Source: Candidatus Doudnabacteria bacterium
Lineage (GTDB): Bacteria > Patescibacteriota > Doudnabacteria > UBA920
DNA length: 32,774 nt
Assembly (NCBI GenBank): GCA_903913365.1
Contig: CAIWKW010000060.1
Coordinates: 1-32,774, forward strand
Reading direction: 5' to 3'
Position numbers and translations under genes: made by a program. The notes under the pieces were generated by a model. The model was given only the letters and a program-made list of their open reading frames with translations, did not search any database and was not told where the DNA came from. Below, piece after piece: positions 17,196 to 25,287 of this stretch (position 1 is the stretch's first letter; each line of letters begins with the position of its first letter).

Positions 17196-20042
17196 CTATG
17201 GTACGCTGGAGCGGATTTTTTTTGACGTTACTCCTTCCGTGGTTTTGGCGTAAATTTGATAATTGCCGCTTGGGGGAGGGTTTTGCCAGCTGAGAGTATA
17301 GGAATAACTGTTTACCAAATGGTCAACGTTTGTGGCCGCGCCGATTAAGGTTTCCTGTCCGCTTTGGTCTTGGTAGAAAAAACTTACATTACTGTAAAGC
17401 TTGTTGCTGGAAGCTGTTAGATTTACCGGAAATTGCAGCAGGCTTTGGTCGGAAGGTTGATCCAAATTAAGCGGCGAGTTGGCTTGAACTGTTATGTTGG
17501 AGCTGGTGTCTCCGGTTGCCCCGCTACTGTCCACAACGTGGATGGCCAGGACATGCGGACCGTCGCTTAAATTTTTACTGACTGTAAAAACAAATGGCTG
17601 TGATGTCATACTTTGATAAAACAAGCCGTCTATGGACAAATCCATTCTGGAAATAGGGCTTGAGGAAAAAGCGTTTACGGTAACCTTAAAAGGAATTTGA
17701 GAAATTATCGAACCGTCGGCCGGGTCCGCAATGGTTGCGGAAGGTCCTTGTCCGCTGTTGTTTTGCCCAATAATTTGGGATCCTCCCGGTGGGTAAACGT
17801 AGCCATTGCCAATAGCCCACTGCACAACAGGGTCTTCCCAGTTTGGGTTATTCGGCATTTCGCTGTGAAGATTGGTGTAGGGTTTGTAAATAATGTTTCC
17901 CGGCGAGGTGAGGCTAGTGGCTGGTAGTCCGGTGGCTGAATCAAAACCGACTTTTACGTGCAGGCTGTCATAAGCCACAGGCGTAGAATAGTCGGCGAAA
18001 GTTTCGGATTTTGTTTCCGGCGTGGCATCGGTTGGCAGTTTTCCGGAAACACTGTCCACTGTAATTTGTTGAATACCTTGAGGCACGGTAAATGTTTCTG
18101 CCGGGGTTCCGGCCAAAGCTTGCTGCATAAAGTCGTGCCAAATTGGTGCGGCCACAACCACGCCGTCAGCTCCTTTGGTTAGCAGCGTGCCGTCGTTATT
18201 GCCTGCCCAAACGCCGGCAACTAAAGAGGGTGTAAATCCTAAAGTCCAACCGTCTTTCCAATTTTGAGTCGTACCGGTTTTTGCCGCTACTGTTCTGTCG
18301 GATAAAATAAGTGGAGAATTTGAGCCGAAAACAAAACTGCGGGCGCTGTTGTCTGTCATAATACTTATCAGTTCATAGGCTGCTTCGGGGTCTAATACGG
18401 TTTGTGGTTTGCTTTGATATTGTTCCAAAGTTTGTCCTGCTTTGTCCAGAATTTTTAAAATTGGTGTTTCGGGATTTTTTATTCCTTCATTGGCCAAGAC
18501 CGAATAGGCGGCAACATGATCAAGCAGCCTTACTTCGCATCCGCCTAAAACTAAAGACAGTCCACAATCAGCCAAAGGGCTGGTAATTCCCAGGTCGTGG
18601 GCGGTTTGAACGGCGTTATTAACACCAACCAAGGCCAGAGTTTTTACTGCCGGAACGTTTAAGCTCCCGGCCAGCGCTTGCCTCATGGAAACCGGTCCGT
18701 ACTCTTTGCTATTGTAGTTGTGGGGAATATAATCTTTACCGTTGTAGGTTCCAAAATTTGTGACAACGTCAACCAGCATGGAAGCCGGAGCAAAGCCAAA
18801 ATCTTTTTTAAAAGCCGTTACATAAACGTATGGTTTAAAGCTGCTGCCTGGTTGTCTTTGTGAAAGGGCTACATTCACGTTGGGTTCGAACCAGCAATTT
18901 TTCCCCGGGGTGCAGCCTTTGGGTTCTGAGTCGCCAAAATAATCTTTGCTGCCTACCATGGCTAAAATTTGGCCCGTTTTCGGATCTATTGCCACTAAGG
19001 CCGCGTTATGGGCATTGTATTTTACGCTGGTTTTATCAACGTCATTTTTAACCACGGTTTCGGCAATTTGCTGAAGTTTTGGGTCCAGCGTGGTGTAAAC
19101 TTGCAGGCCTCCCTGCTCCAGGGTAATTTCGCCGTACTTGCTGGATAAATAATCTTCCACCCAAAGCACAAAGTGCGGAGCTTTTATGCCGTTTGTGGCC
19201 AGTGAGAATTTTACGTTTTCTGCTTTGGCTTTTTGCTCCTGATCCTGAGTAATGTAGTTTTGCTGCTGCATTGCCAAAAGTACTTGATTTTTTCTGTCTG
19301 TTAGTGCTTGCGCATTTGGCCCCAAGGGGTTGTAGAAGCTCGGAGCTTGAACCAGCGCGGCCAGGTAGGCGCTTTCCGCCAAGTCCAGTTCCGAGGCCTG
19401 TTTGTTGAAGTAAGTCTCGCTGGCAGCTTGAATGCCGTAGGCATTGTGGCCGTAAGGGATTTCATTTAAATAAAACTGTAAAATTTGGTCTTTGGAAAAA
19501 CGCGCATCAATGGCAACGGCTAAAATGGCTTCCCGAATTTTTCTGTCCCAGGATTTATTGTCGGTTAGGAGTGCGTTTTTTACGAACTGTTGGGTAATGG
19601 TGCTGGCACCCTGGCTCTTGCGTAAAGTTAGAACGTCGGCAATGGCGGCACGGGCGATTCCGGTAAATGAAATACCGCCTTCTTTATAGAAGTTTTTGTC
19701 TTCAATGGCAACTGTGGCATTTTTAGCGTTCGGCGAAATTTGGTCCAAGGTGACTTGAGTGCGCTTGTATTCGCCGTGAATTTCATAAAGCAGGCTGCCG
19801 TCGCGGGCAAAAATTTTTGTGGATTCAGGCACATCTCGATTAAGAAGTTTGCCAGGATCCGGCAGGTCTTTGGTGTAGTAAAGAAATAAGACGGCCACAA
19901 GCAAAATTCCCAAAGCAAAAATTCTGAACAGCCAAGTCAGCACTGTTTTAAGGTTCCATTTGAATTTCCATTTTTTTGCCCTAACTTTTATGTCTTTGCT
20001 TGTGGAAGTTATTTTGGGCGGTTTGTAGCTGTAAACACGCAT
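17196..20042 (-). CDS. Class A penicillin-binding protein (glycosyltransferase + transpeptidase) with long C-terminal beta-rich extension
   Basis: 948 aa. GT51 motifs EDKNFY and RKIREA.LA. Transpeptidase motifs SSFKP, SLN and KTGT. N-terminal TM helix. About 230-aa C-terminal extension. Confidence 0.95.
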   Translation of the reverse strand: MRVYSYKPPKITSTSKDIKVRAKKWKFKWNLKTVLTWLFRIFALGILLVAVLFLYYTKDLPDPGKLLNRDVPESTKIFARDGSLLYEIHGEYKRTQVTLDQISPNAKNATVAIEDKNFYKEGGISFTGIARAAIADVLTLRKSQGASTITQQFVKNALLTDNKSWDRKIREAILAVAIDARFSKDQILQFYLNEIPYGHNAYGIQAASETYFNKQASELDLAESAYLAALVQAPSFYNPLGPNAQALTDRKNQVLLAMQQQNYITQDQEQKAKAENVKFSLATNGIKAPHFVLWVEDYLSSKYGEITLEQGGLQVYTTLDPKLQQIAETVVKNDVDKTSVKYNAHNAALVAIDPKTGQILAMVGSKDYFGDSEPKGCTPGKNCWFEPNVNVALSQRQPGSSFKPYVYVTAFKKDFGFAPASMLVDVVTNFGTYNGKDYIPHNYNSKEYGPVSMRQALAGSLNVPAVKTLALVGVNNAVQTAHDLGITSPLADCGLSLVLGGCEVRLLDHVAAYSVLANEGIKNPETPILKILDKAGQTLEQYQSKPQTVLDPEAAYELISIMTDNSARSFVFGSNSPLILSDRTVAAKTGTTQNWKDGWTLGFTPSLVAGVWAGNNDGTLLTKGADGVVVAAPIWHDFMQQALAGTPAETFTVPQGIQQITVDSVSGKLPTDATPETKSETFADYSTPVAYDSLHVKVGFDSATGLPATSLTSPGNIIYKPYTNLHSEMPNNPNWEDPVVQWAIGNGYVYPPGGSQIIGQNNSGQGPSATIADPADGSIISQIPFKVTVNAFSSSPISRMDLSIDGLFYQSMTSQPFVFTVSKNLSDGPHVLAIHVVDSSGATGDTSSNITVQANSPLNLDQPSDQSLLQFPVNLTASSNKLYSNVSFFYQDQSGQETLIGAATNVDHLVNSYSYTLSWQNPPPSGNYQIYAKTTEGVTSKKIRSSVP

Positions 20043-20140
20043 TATTGTATGAAAATAGTTATAAAGTTATCCTTTAAAGAGGTTCTGGATGAATTATACC
20101 CGTTTTTCCGGTTTAAGAAAAATGCTATAATAGAGCTAAA

Positions 20141-21334
20141 TTGAAGATTAAAGATTTTAGATTTATGAATGATCCAATAGATGAGTTATTAAATCGCGGG
20201 GTGGAGGAAGTAATCGATAAAAAAGAGTTGGAGCAGCTTTTAAGATCCAAAAAAAAGCTGAGGATAAAATTGGGAATAGACCCAACATCCCCCAATATCC
20301 ATATTGGCCGAGCAGTTGTTTTGTGGAAGCTGAAGGCTTTTCAAGAACTGGGTCATAAAGTGGTTTTTATTGTTGGTGATTTTACAGGTTTAATCGGCGA
20401 TACTTCCGATAAAGAATCCGAAAGGCCGATGCTTAGCGAAACCGTGGTAAAGAAAAATTTAAAAACTTATTTTGAGCAGGCTTATAAGATACTCGACAAA
20501 AAAAAGACAGAGGTGCATTATAATTCCAAATGGCTAAAAAAGTTAGGTTTTGCCGAGGTGGGAAAGCTTGCCGATTTGTTCAGCTTGCACGAGTTTGAAG
20601 CCAGAGAAAATATTTCCAAAAGATTAACGGCCGGGAAAAGAGTCTCTTTAAGAGAATTACTTTATCCTTTAATGCAGGGGTACGACTCAGTTGCTATAAA
20701 AGCTGATGTTGAACTTGGCGGCACCGATCAGAGGTTTAATCTTTTGGCCGGCAGAACCATTTTACCTGCCTATGGGCAAAAACCGCAAAATATTTTAACC
20801 ATGCAGCTTATGGAAGGGATAGACGGGCGCAAGATGTCTTCTTCCTGGGGCAATGTTATTAATATTACCGAAGAGCCGAACAATATGTTCGGCAAGGTCA
20901 TGTCCATTCCCGATGAATTGATAAAAAAATATTATTTACTGGCCACGCGGACTCCCCTGCCGGAAATCGAGAGAGTGGCGATGGAACTCAAAAACCCGCG
21001 AGACCAAAAACTTTTACTGGCTCAGGCCATTACCTCCTTGTATCATGGAGATAAAGCCGCTATGCTGGCAAAAGATAACTTCATCGATCAGTTCAGCAAA
21101 GGAGAATTGCCAAAAGATATAGAAGATAAAAAAATTCCCGCCGGCGAGTATTCATTGACGGAACTTTTGGTTTTATGCAAACTGGCTTCCAGTAAGTCGG
21201 AAGCAAGAAGATTGATAGCTCAAAAAGGAGTAAGGGTTAATCAAGAAGTATCGGCCGAAAAAAAACTGGTTTTGGACGGCAAGATTGAATTTTTGTTGCA
21301 AGTTGGGAAAAGGAAGTTTGTCAGAATAATTTAA
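20141..21334 (+). CDS. tyrS: Tyrosine--tRNA ligase
   Basis: HIGH-type motif (PNIHIGR), KMSKS-type motif (KMSSS), C-terminal S4-like domain. The track start is TTG 20141; ATG at 20165 (MNDPIDELL...) is an equally plausible start. Confidence 0.9.
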   Translation: MKIKDFRFMNDPIDELLNRGVEEVIDKKELEQLLRSKKKLRIKLGIDPTSPNIHIGRAVVLWKLKAFQELGHKVVFIVGDFTGLIGDTSDKESERPMLSETVVKKNLKTYFEQAYKILDKKKTEVHYNSKWLKKLGFAEVGKLADLFSLHEFEARENISKRLTAGKRVSLRELLYPLMQGYDSVAIKADVELGGTDQRFNLLAGRTILPAYGQKPQNILTMQLMEGIDGRKMSSSWGNVINITEEPNNMFGKVMSIPDELIKKYYLLATRTPLPEIERVAMELKNPRDQKLLLAQAITSLYHGDKAAMLAKDNFIDQFSKGELPKDIEDKKIPAGEYSLTELLVLCKLASSKSEARRLIAQKGVRVNQEVSAEKKLVLDGKIEFLLQVGKRKFVRII

Positions 21335-21344
21335 GATTAGGGTG

Positions 21345-21451
21345 TTGCAAAGAGCGCCTTTGCGCTGTTGGCATTTATATAATAGTTGCCGCGATTGAAA
21401 TTTGAATTCAATTTTAACTTATCATGCTATGCGCAAAGGTGCTCTTCGCAA
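21345..21451. repeat. 107-bp element bounded by 21-bp inverted repeats (MITE-like or long hairpin RNA)
   Basis: ttgcaaagagcgcctttgcgc (21345-21365) versus gcgcaaaggtgctcttcgcaa (21431-21451): 19 Watson-Crick pairs, 1 G-U and 1 mismatch. AT-rich core containing the palindrome ttgaattcaa. Confidence 0.55.
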
Positions 21452-21475
21452 TCGGAGCCGAACAAGTTTTAAAAC

Positions 21476-21506
21476 AAAAAACCCTGGCAAGAGGCCAGGG
21501 TTTTTT
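21476..21506. terminator. Bidirectional rho-independent terminator
   Basis: A-run, then ccctggc-aagag-gccaggg (21482-21500), then T6 (21501-21506). Serves tyrS (+) and the micro-ORF (-). Confidence 0.8.
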
Positions 21507-21523
21507 GCGATGATTTTTAAATA

Positions 21524-21622
21524 TTACATTAAATCGTCGTCTTTTTCCTCGTCATCGTCATTTGGATTAACAATTACACCGCCATCGGTGTCGTCATCGT
21601 CTTCCATGTCGTAAGAAAACAT
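21524..21622 (-). CDS. 32-aa hyper-acidic micro-protein (hypothetical)
   Basis: My translation is MFSYDMEDDDDTDGGVIVNPNDDDEEKDDDLM. GAGGAGA SD (reverse complement of 21631-21637) lies 8 nt upstream of the ATG. The terminator at 21476-21506 lies just downstream. Confidence 0.45.
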   Translation of the reverse strand: MFSYDMEDDDDTDGGVIVNPNDDDEEKDDDLM

Positions 21623-21745
21623 TTTTTTGTTCTCCTCTGCCCGCATTGCTTGCGGGATATAATTTAATTTCTAATGCCCTTTTAGGGCTTGCCGAAATTA
21701 TATCAATCGGGTTTTTTTGTGTCTAGCTAAGATATCCACCAGGGC

Positions 21746-22243
21746 TTAAATGCGGAGTTTTTGGTTTTTACCAAAATAATGGCCTGCGCATAGAGCAATG
21801 GCCAAAGCGTCTGCAGCATCGTCCGGTTTGGGAATAGACTTTAATTTAAAGGTTTTTTGCACCACAAACTGCACCTGCTTTTTTTCCGCTTTGCCGTAGC
21901 CGCAAATAAAGCTTTTTACCTGGAGCGGAGTAAATTCATAAATCGGCAGTTTAAATTTTTGGGCAATAAATAAAATTACTCCCCTGGCCTGGGAAACCGT
22001 CATTACGGTTTTTTGGTTGGTGGTAAAAAATAGCCTTTCTATTCCCATGGCATCGGGCTTGTATTTTTTTATCAGGCTTTCAATGTCCGCTCCCAAAATT
22101 GCCAAGCGCTCGGCATCGGTCAATTTTTTGTCCGTGGCAATAACGCCAAAATTAACCAGCGCAAAATCGTTAGTCTTTAAATTTTTCTCTATTATTCCAA
22201 ATCCGGTGGTGGCGGTTCCGGGGTCAATTCCTAGGATAATCAT
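21746..22243 (-). CDS. ruvC: Crossover junction endodeoxyribonuclease RuvC
   Basis: 165 aa with MIILGIDPGTATTGFGII N-terminus and the C-terminal DAADALAIALC motif. Confidence 0.93.
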   Translation of the reverse strand: MIILGIDPGTATTGFGIIEKNLKTNDFALVNFGVIATDKKLTDAERLAILGADIESLIKKYKPDAMGIERLFFTTNQKTVMTVSQARGVILFIAQKFKLPIYEFTPLQVKSFICGYGKAEKKQVQFVVQKTFKLKSIPKPDDAADALAIALCAGHYFGKNQKLRI

Positions 22244-22267
22244 AGAAAACTAATAACAATTGATTTA

Positions 22268-22633
22268 TTACTGATAACTTTTCTTTATGTATTTTTCAAA
22301 ACCTCTTAGTTGTCGGGAAACGTTCTCAATTTTTTCAAGCAATGCTTTGTTTTGCGCCAGGTCGATGTAGTTATCGTCTAAGGCGCAATCCAAACAAGCT
22401 ACAACCTCATCTAAGGAAGTAAGCGATCTATTTATGAAATTATTTTTATCTTTTTCAGTTTTTCGATTTGAACCTTCGGCAATTTGTAAAACGACAGATA
22501 ATATTGCACGTCTAATTTGACTGGTCAAAATATATAATTCTTCTTTCGGAAAATTCTTAGTAATTTTGTTTATTTCTTGCCTCAGTACCCGGGCATCCTT
22601 ATAAACTTGCCAGCTTTGAAATCGATATGACAT
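22268..22633 (-). CDS. Four-helix-bundle protein (23S rRNA intervening-sequence protein family, TIGR02436-like)
   Basis: 121 aa. F..W.VY..A......I......FPKEE.Y.LTSQIRRA..SV...IAEG pattern. Confidence 0.7.
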   Translation of the reverse strand: MSYRFQSWQVYKDARVLRQEINKITKNFPKEELYILTSQIRRAILSVVLQIAEGSNRKTEKDKNNFINRSLTSLDEVVACLDCALDDNYIDLAQNKALLEKIENVSRQLRGFEKYIKKSYQ

Positions 22634-22660
22634 AAGCTGTTATTTGTTATTAATTTATTG

Positions 22661-23380
22661 TTATAAGTTTGCAGAAGTATGCACCGCAATCACATCTTCG
22701 TCATTTTCCAGTTCTGCGAAAAGTGCGTCCACTTTCGGTTTTTGTTCTTCGGTTAAGTCCGTGCCTTGGCTGGATTCCTGGATAATTTCGGCTCTGGCAA
22801 TTTTGGCTCCGGCTTTAATTAGTGCTTCTTTTATTTTTTGCAGATCCATGGGTTTTGTATAAACTTCCAATCCTTCTTCGGATTCACGAACATCATCAAC
22901 TCCGGCGTCAATTGCAGCAAGTTCCAGTTCCGATAAGTCTCCCCTATCTCTTTCCACCAGAATTTGCCCTTTGGTGCTAAACTGCCAGGCCACGCTGCCC
23001 TGGGCGCCAACGCTCCCGCCGTGCTCGGAAAAGATTTTACGGACATTGTTAAAGGTCCGGTTGGAATTGTCAGTTGCGGCTTCAACCAAAAACGCCGTAC
23101 CAAACGGTCCGTAGCCTTCATATATTACTTCTTTTACCGCAGCGGCTCCGGTGCCAAGCGCATTTTTAATTGCCCTTTCCACGTTGTCGTTGGGCATGCC
23201 TTGGGCTTTGGCGGAATCTATAATTGTCTTTAACTTAAAATTGGCGCTCGGGTCTCCTCCCCCGCCTTCCTTAACGGCAATGGAAATTTTTTTGGAGTAT
23301 TTGGAAAACAGCAATCCTTTTTTTTGATCAAGGACGCCTTTGGTTCTTTTAATTTGTGACCACTTGGAATGACCGGACAT
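22661..23380 (-). CDS. yebC: YebC/PmpR-family DNA-binding regulator
   Basis: 239 aa with MSGHSKWSQIKRTKG N-terminus and conserved body. Confidence 0.93.
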   Translation of the reverse strand: MSGHSKWSQIKRTKGVLDQKKGLLFSKYSKKISIAVKEGGGGDPSANFKLKTIIDSAKAQGMPNDNVERAIKNALGTGAAAVKEVIYEGYGPFGTAFLVEAATDNSNRTFNNVRKIFSEHGGSVGAQGSVAWQFSTKGQILVERDRGDLSELELAAIDAGVDDVRESEEGLEVYTKPMDLQKIKEALIKAGAKIARAEIIQESSQGTDLTEEQKPKVDALFAELENDEDVIAVHTSANL

Positions 23381-23445
23381 AGATTTGCTAATTTTTTGAT
23401 TATAGGCTAATTTATTATTGACTGAGAGTAAACGGAGGATTGGTT

Positions 23446-23709
23446 ATGTCAGAACTTGAATGGTTGATTGAGCGACTTGGTGTAACCCCAGAAGAGATAA
23501 AGGTGCTGCGTTCTCAAGAGGAAAAACACACCCTCCCATGTCATTATCCAAGTGTGGAATATGTTCTGGGAGCAAGGCTTAATGAGCAACTGAACGTTCA
23601 GTGGGCAGGATTAATTGATGCACTCAATCGGGTTCGCCGTGACAAGAAGACCTTTATAGAAAATGATTCTCTGATCAAGCAAGTTCAGGTTTTCATTCAG
23701 ACGCTTTAG
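23446..23709 (+). CDS. Hypothetical 87-aa protein (orphan, foreign-looking)
   Basis: The track ORF starts at TTG 23440. ATG at 23446 is preceded by GGAGG (23434-23438). Visibly GC-richer than its neighbours. No recognisable motif. Confidence 0.5.
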   Translation: MSELEWLIERLGVTPEEIKVLRSQEEKHTLPCHYPSVEYVLGARLNEQLNVQWAGLIDALNRVRRDKKTFIENDSLIKQVQVFIQTL

Positions 23710-23731
23710 TGTTGCACGTAGCAACGGGCAG

Positions 23732-23772
23732 AATAGGTGTTGGCAACTTGACCGCCGACACCTATTTAATTT
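23732..23772 (+). terminator. Hairpin terminator between convergent 87-aa gene and rsmI
   Basis: aataggtgt (23732-23740) pairs with acacctatt (23758-23766), followed by taattttt. Confidence 0.5.
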
Positions 23773-24524
23773 TTAAATGATACCAAGACAGTTAGTTCTC
23801 CTTTTATTGAAGGTTTCTCTTTTAGTTTCTGGAGGGCCTCGCCGGATGACCCACGAATAAACTCTTCGTGCATTTTTGTCAGCTCTCGCGCCACTACGAC
23901 TTGCGAAGAAGGAAAGGCATTGGAAATGTAGCTTAGGGTTTTTAAAATCCGTTCCGGTGATTCATAAAAAATTGCCGTGGCTTCGGCGTCAGCAGCGGCC
24001 TGTAGGGCCTCCACGGTTTTAGCTGCGGTTTTTTGTAAGAAACCCAGAAACAAAAATCTGTCCGTGGGCAAACCGCTGGCGCTTAAGGCTGTGGTTGCGG
24101 CGTTTGCTCCGGGGATTGGAATTACGGTAATATTTTCTTTAATGCATTCACGCACCAGACGAAAGCCCGGGTCGGAAATTCCGGGTGTGCCGGCATCGCT
24201 AATTAAACATCCGTCCTCTTTGTTTAATTTTCTGGTTAAGTCTTTCAGTATTTGCTGTTCGTTGTGCTCCGCAAATTGAATAATTTGTTTTTTTGCCAGC
24301 CTGGGTGTCATCCCGGACGAGTCAGACGATATTCGGGATCCAGAACTGGACTTAGGATCGGAGTCCGAAATGACACTGGAAGGAAGGCTGTCTATATGTT
24401 CGAGCAGCCTTTTGGAATAGCCGGGGTTTTCGGCAATAATAAAATCACACGCTTTTAAAGTTTCAATGGCGCGCAAAGTTATATCCCCCAGGTTTCCAAT
24501 TGGCGTGGCAACAACGTATAACAT
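23766..24524 (-). CDS. rsmI: 16S rRNA (cytidine1402-2'-O)-methyltransferase RsmI with ~31-aa internal insertion
   Basis: 252 aa with LYVVATPIGNLGDIT, AEHNE, SDAGTPGISDPG and FYESP.R motifs. Extra Ser/Asp-rich segment SLPSSVISDSDPKSSSGSRISSDSSGMTPRL compared with my recollection of E. coli RsmI. Confidence 0.9.
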   Translation of the reverse strand: MLYVVATPIGNLGDITLRAIETLKACDFIIAENPGYSKRLLEHIDSLPSSVISDSDPKSSSGSRISSDSSGMTPRLAKKQIIQFAEHNEQQILKDLTRKLNKEDGCLISDAGTPGISDPGFRLVRECIKENITVIPIPGANAATTALSASGLPTDRFLFLGFLQKTAAKTVEALQAAADAEATAIFYESPERILKTLSYISNAFPSSQVVVARELTKMHEEFIRGSSGEALQKLKEKPSIKGELTVLVSFKN

Positions 24525-24625
24525 AATTGATTGAACAAGAATTAAAAGATTTAAATGATTGACATGATTGGACTGCAGTGAATTCCTGCCATTCTTTTAA
24601 ATCATGTCAATCTTGTCAATATTTT

Positions 24626-24904
24626 TTACCAGTTTTTATCCGGAGCTTCCAAATTATAAGAGGCTTCTATAAAGTCATATTCGGCTTTAAGTTTATCCCG
24701 ATAATCTTCCAAGTCTTCTTTGCGGTCGCCTTCGGCTTCAAACCATTCGTCGTAGCTGCCTTTTAGCTCCTCATCTATATCCTGAAGGCGCGCGTAGGCT
24801 TCGGCTTCGTTTTGAGGCCCCTGCTCCAGCCATTCTTCATAAGTCATTCCCAAGCTTTTTTTATATTTATCTTCGTACAGAGCCTTTAAGTCATCTTGAT
24901 CCAT
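24626..24904 (-). CDS. Hypothetical acidic 92-aa protein
   Basis: Clean ORF, Glu/Asp/Tyr-rich helical sequence. No recognisable family. Confidence 0.5.
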   Translation of the reverse strand: MDQDDLKALYEDKYKKSLGMTYEEWLEQGPQNEAEAYARLQDIDEELKGSYDEWFEAEGDRKEDLEDYRDKLKAEYDFIEASYNLEAPDKNW

Positions 24905-24948
24905 AATATTTTTATTTAATAATTGCCTAACTATCTTACACCAAATTA

Positions 24949-25170
24949 TAAAAAAGAAAAACCCCTTATGTATTTACCAAGCCGTCAGGCTATATGGCAA
25001 ATAAGGGGTCTTTCGGAAAAGTCAAAAGAAGCTTTTGGTAACTATAAGTAATTCTTATAGCCAATCGCCTTGAAAATAGAGGCGATAATTATTCGCCCGA
25101 AGGCGAATTGTTCAAAAAACTTTAAATTGTTTTTTATTTTGGTTTCTTCTAATGAAGAACTAACTTTTCT
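24949..25170 (-). ncRNA. Candidate ~220-nt structured RNA (stand-alone sRNA, or leader of the 92-aa gene)
   Basis: Minus-strand promoter TGGACA-17-TATACT (+ coordinates 25177-25205). Hairpins at 25023-25037, 25042-25060 and 25064-25086. Hairpin at 25091-25108 carries a UUCG tetraloop on the - strand. Terminator hairpin at 24962-25008 followed by a U-run (A-run 24949-24961 on +). No ORF. Confidence 0.45.
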
Positions 25171-25214
25171 ATACTAAGTATAGCAGAAATTTTGCCTTCT
25201 GTCCAGGCCTAAAA

Positions 25215-25257
25215 ATATTAAAAATACCCGGCTGAAACTGGAGTGTTTCAGCCGGGG
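25215..25257 (-). terminator. Rho-independent terminator of the 208-aa gene
   Basis: cccggctgaaac (25227-25238) pairs with gtttcagccggg (25245-25256). On the - strand it is followed by tatttttaatattttt. Confidence 0.75.
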
Positions 25258-25287
25258 CTGCGGAATTTTTTGTGCATGGCAGTTTTG

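Noticed and set aside
17697-19918. Eight track ORFs of 60-96 aa overlapping the class A PBP gene on either strand
   Set aside because: All lie inside a 948-aa ORF with unambiguous PBP motifs. They have no start-site signals and no recognisable sequence, so they are ordinary shadow ORFs.
21402-21614. 70-aa + strand ORF after tyrS
   Set aside because: It runs through a bidirectional terminator and is antisense to the SD-led acidic micro-ORF. Its poly-Ser tail is just the reverse reading of the GAC/GAT-rich stretch.
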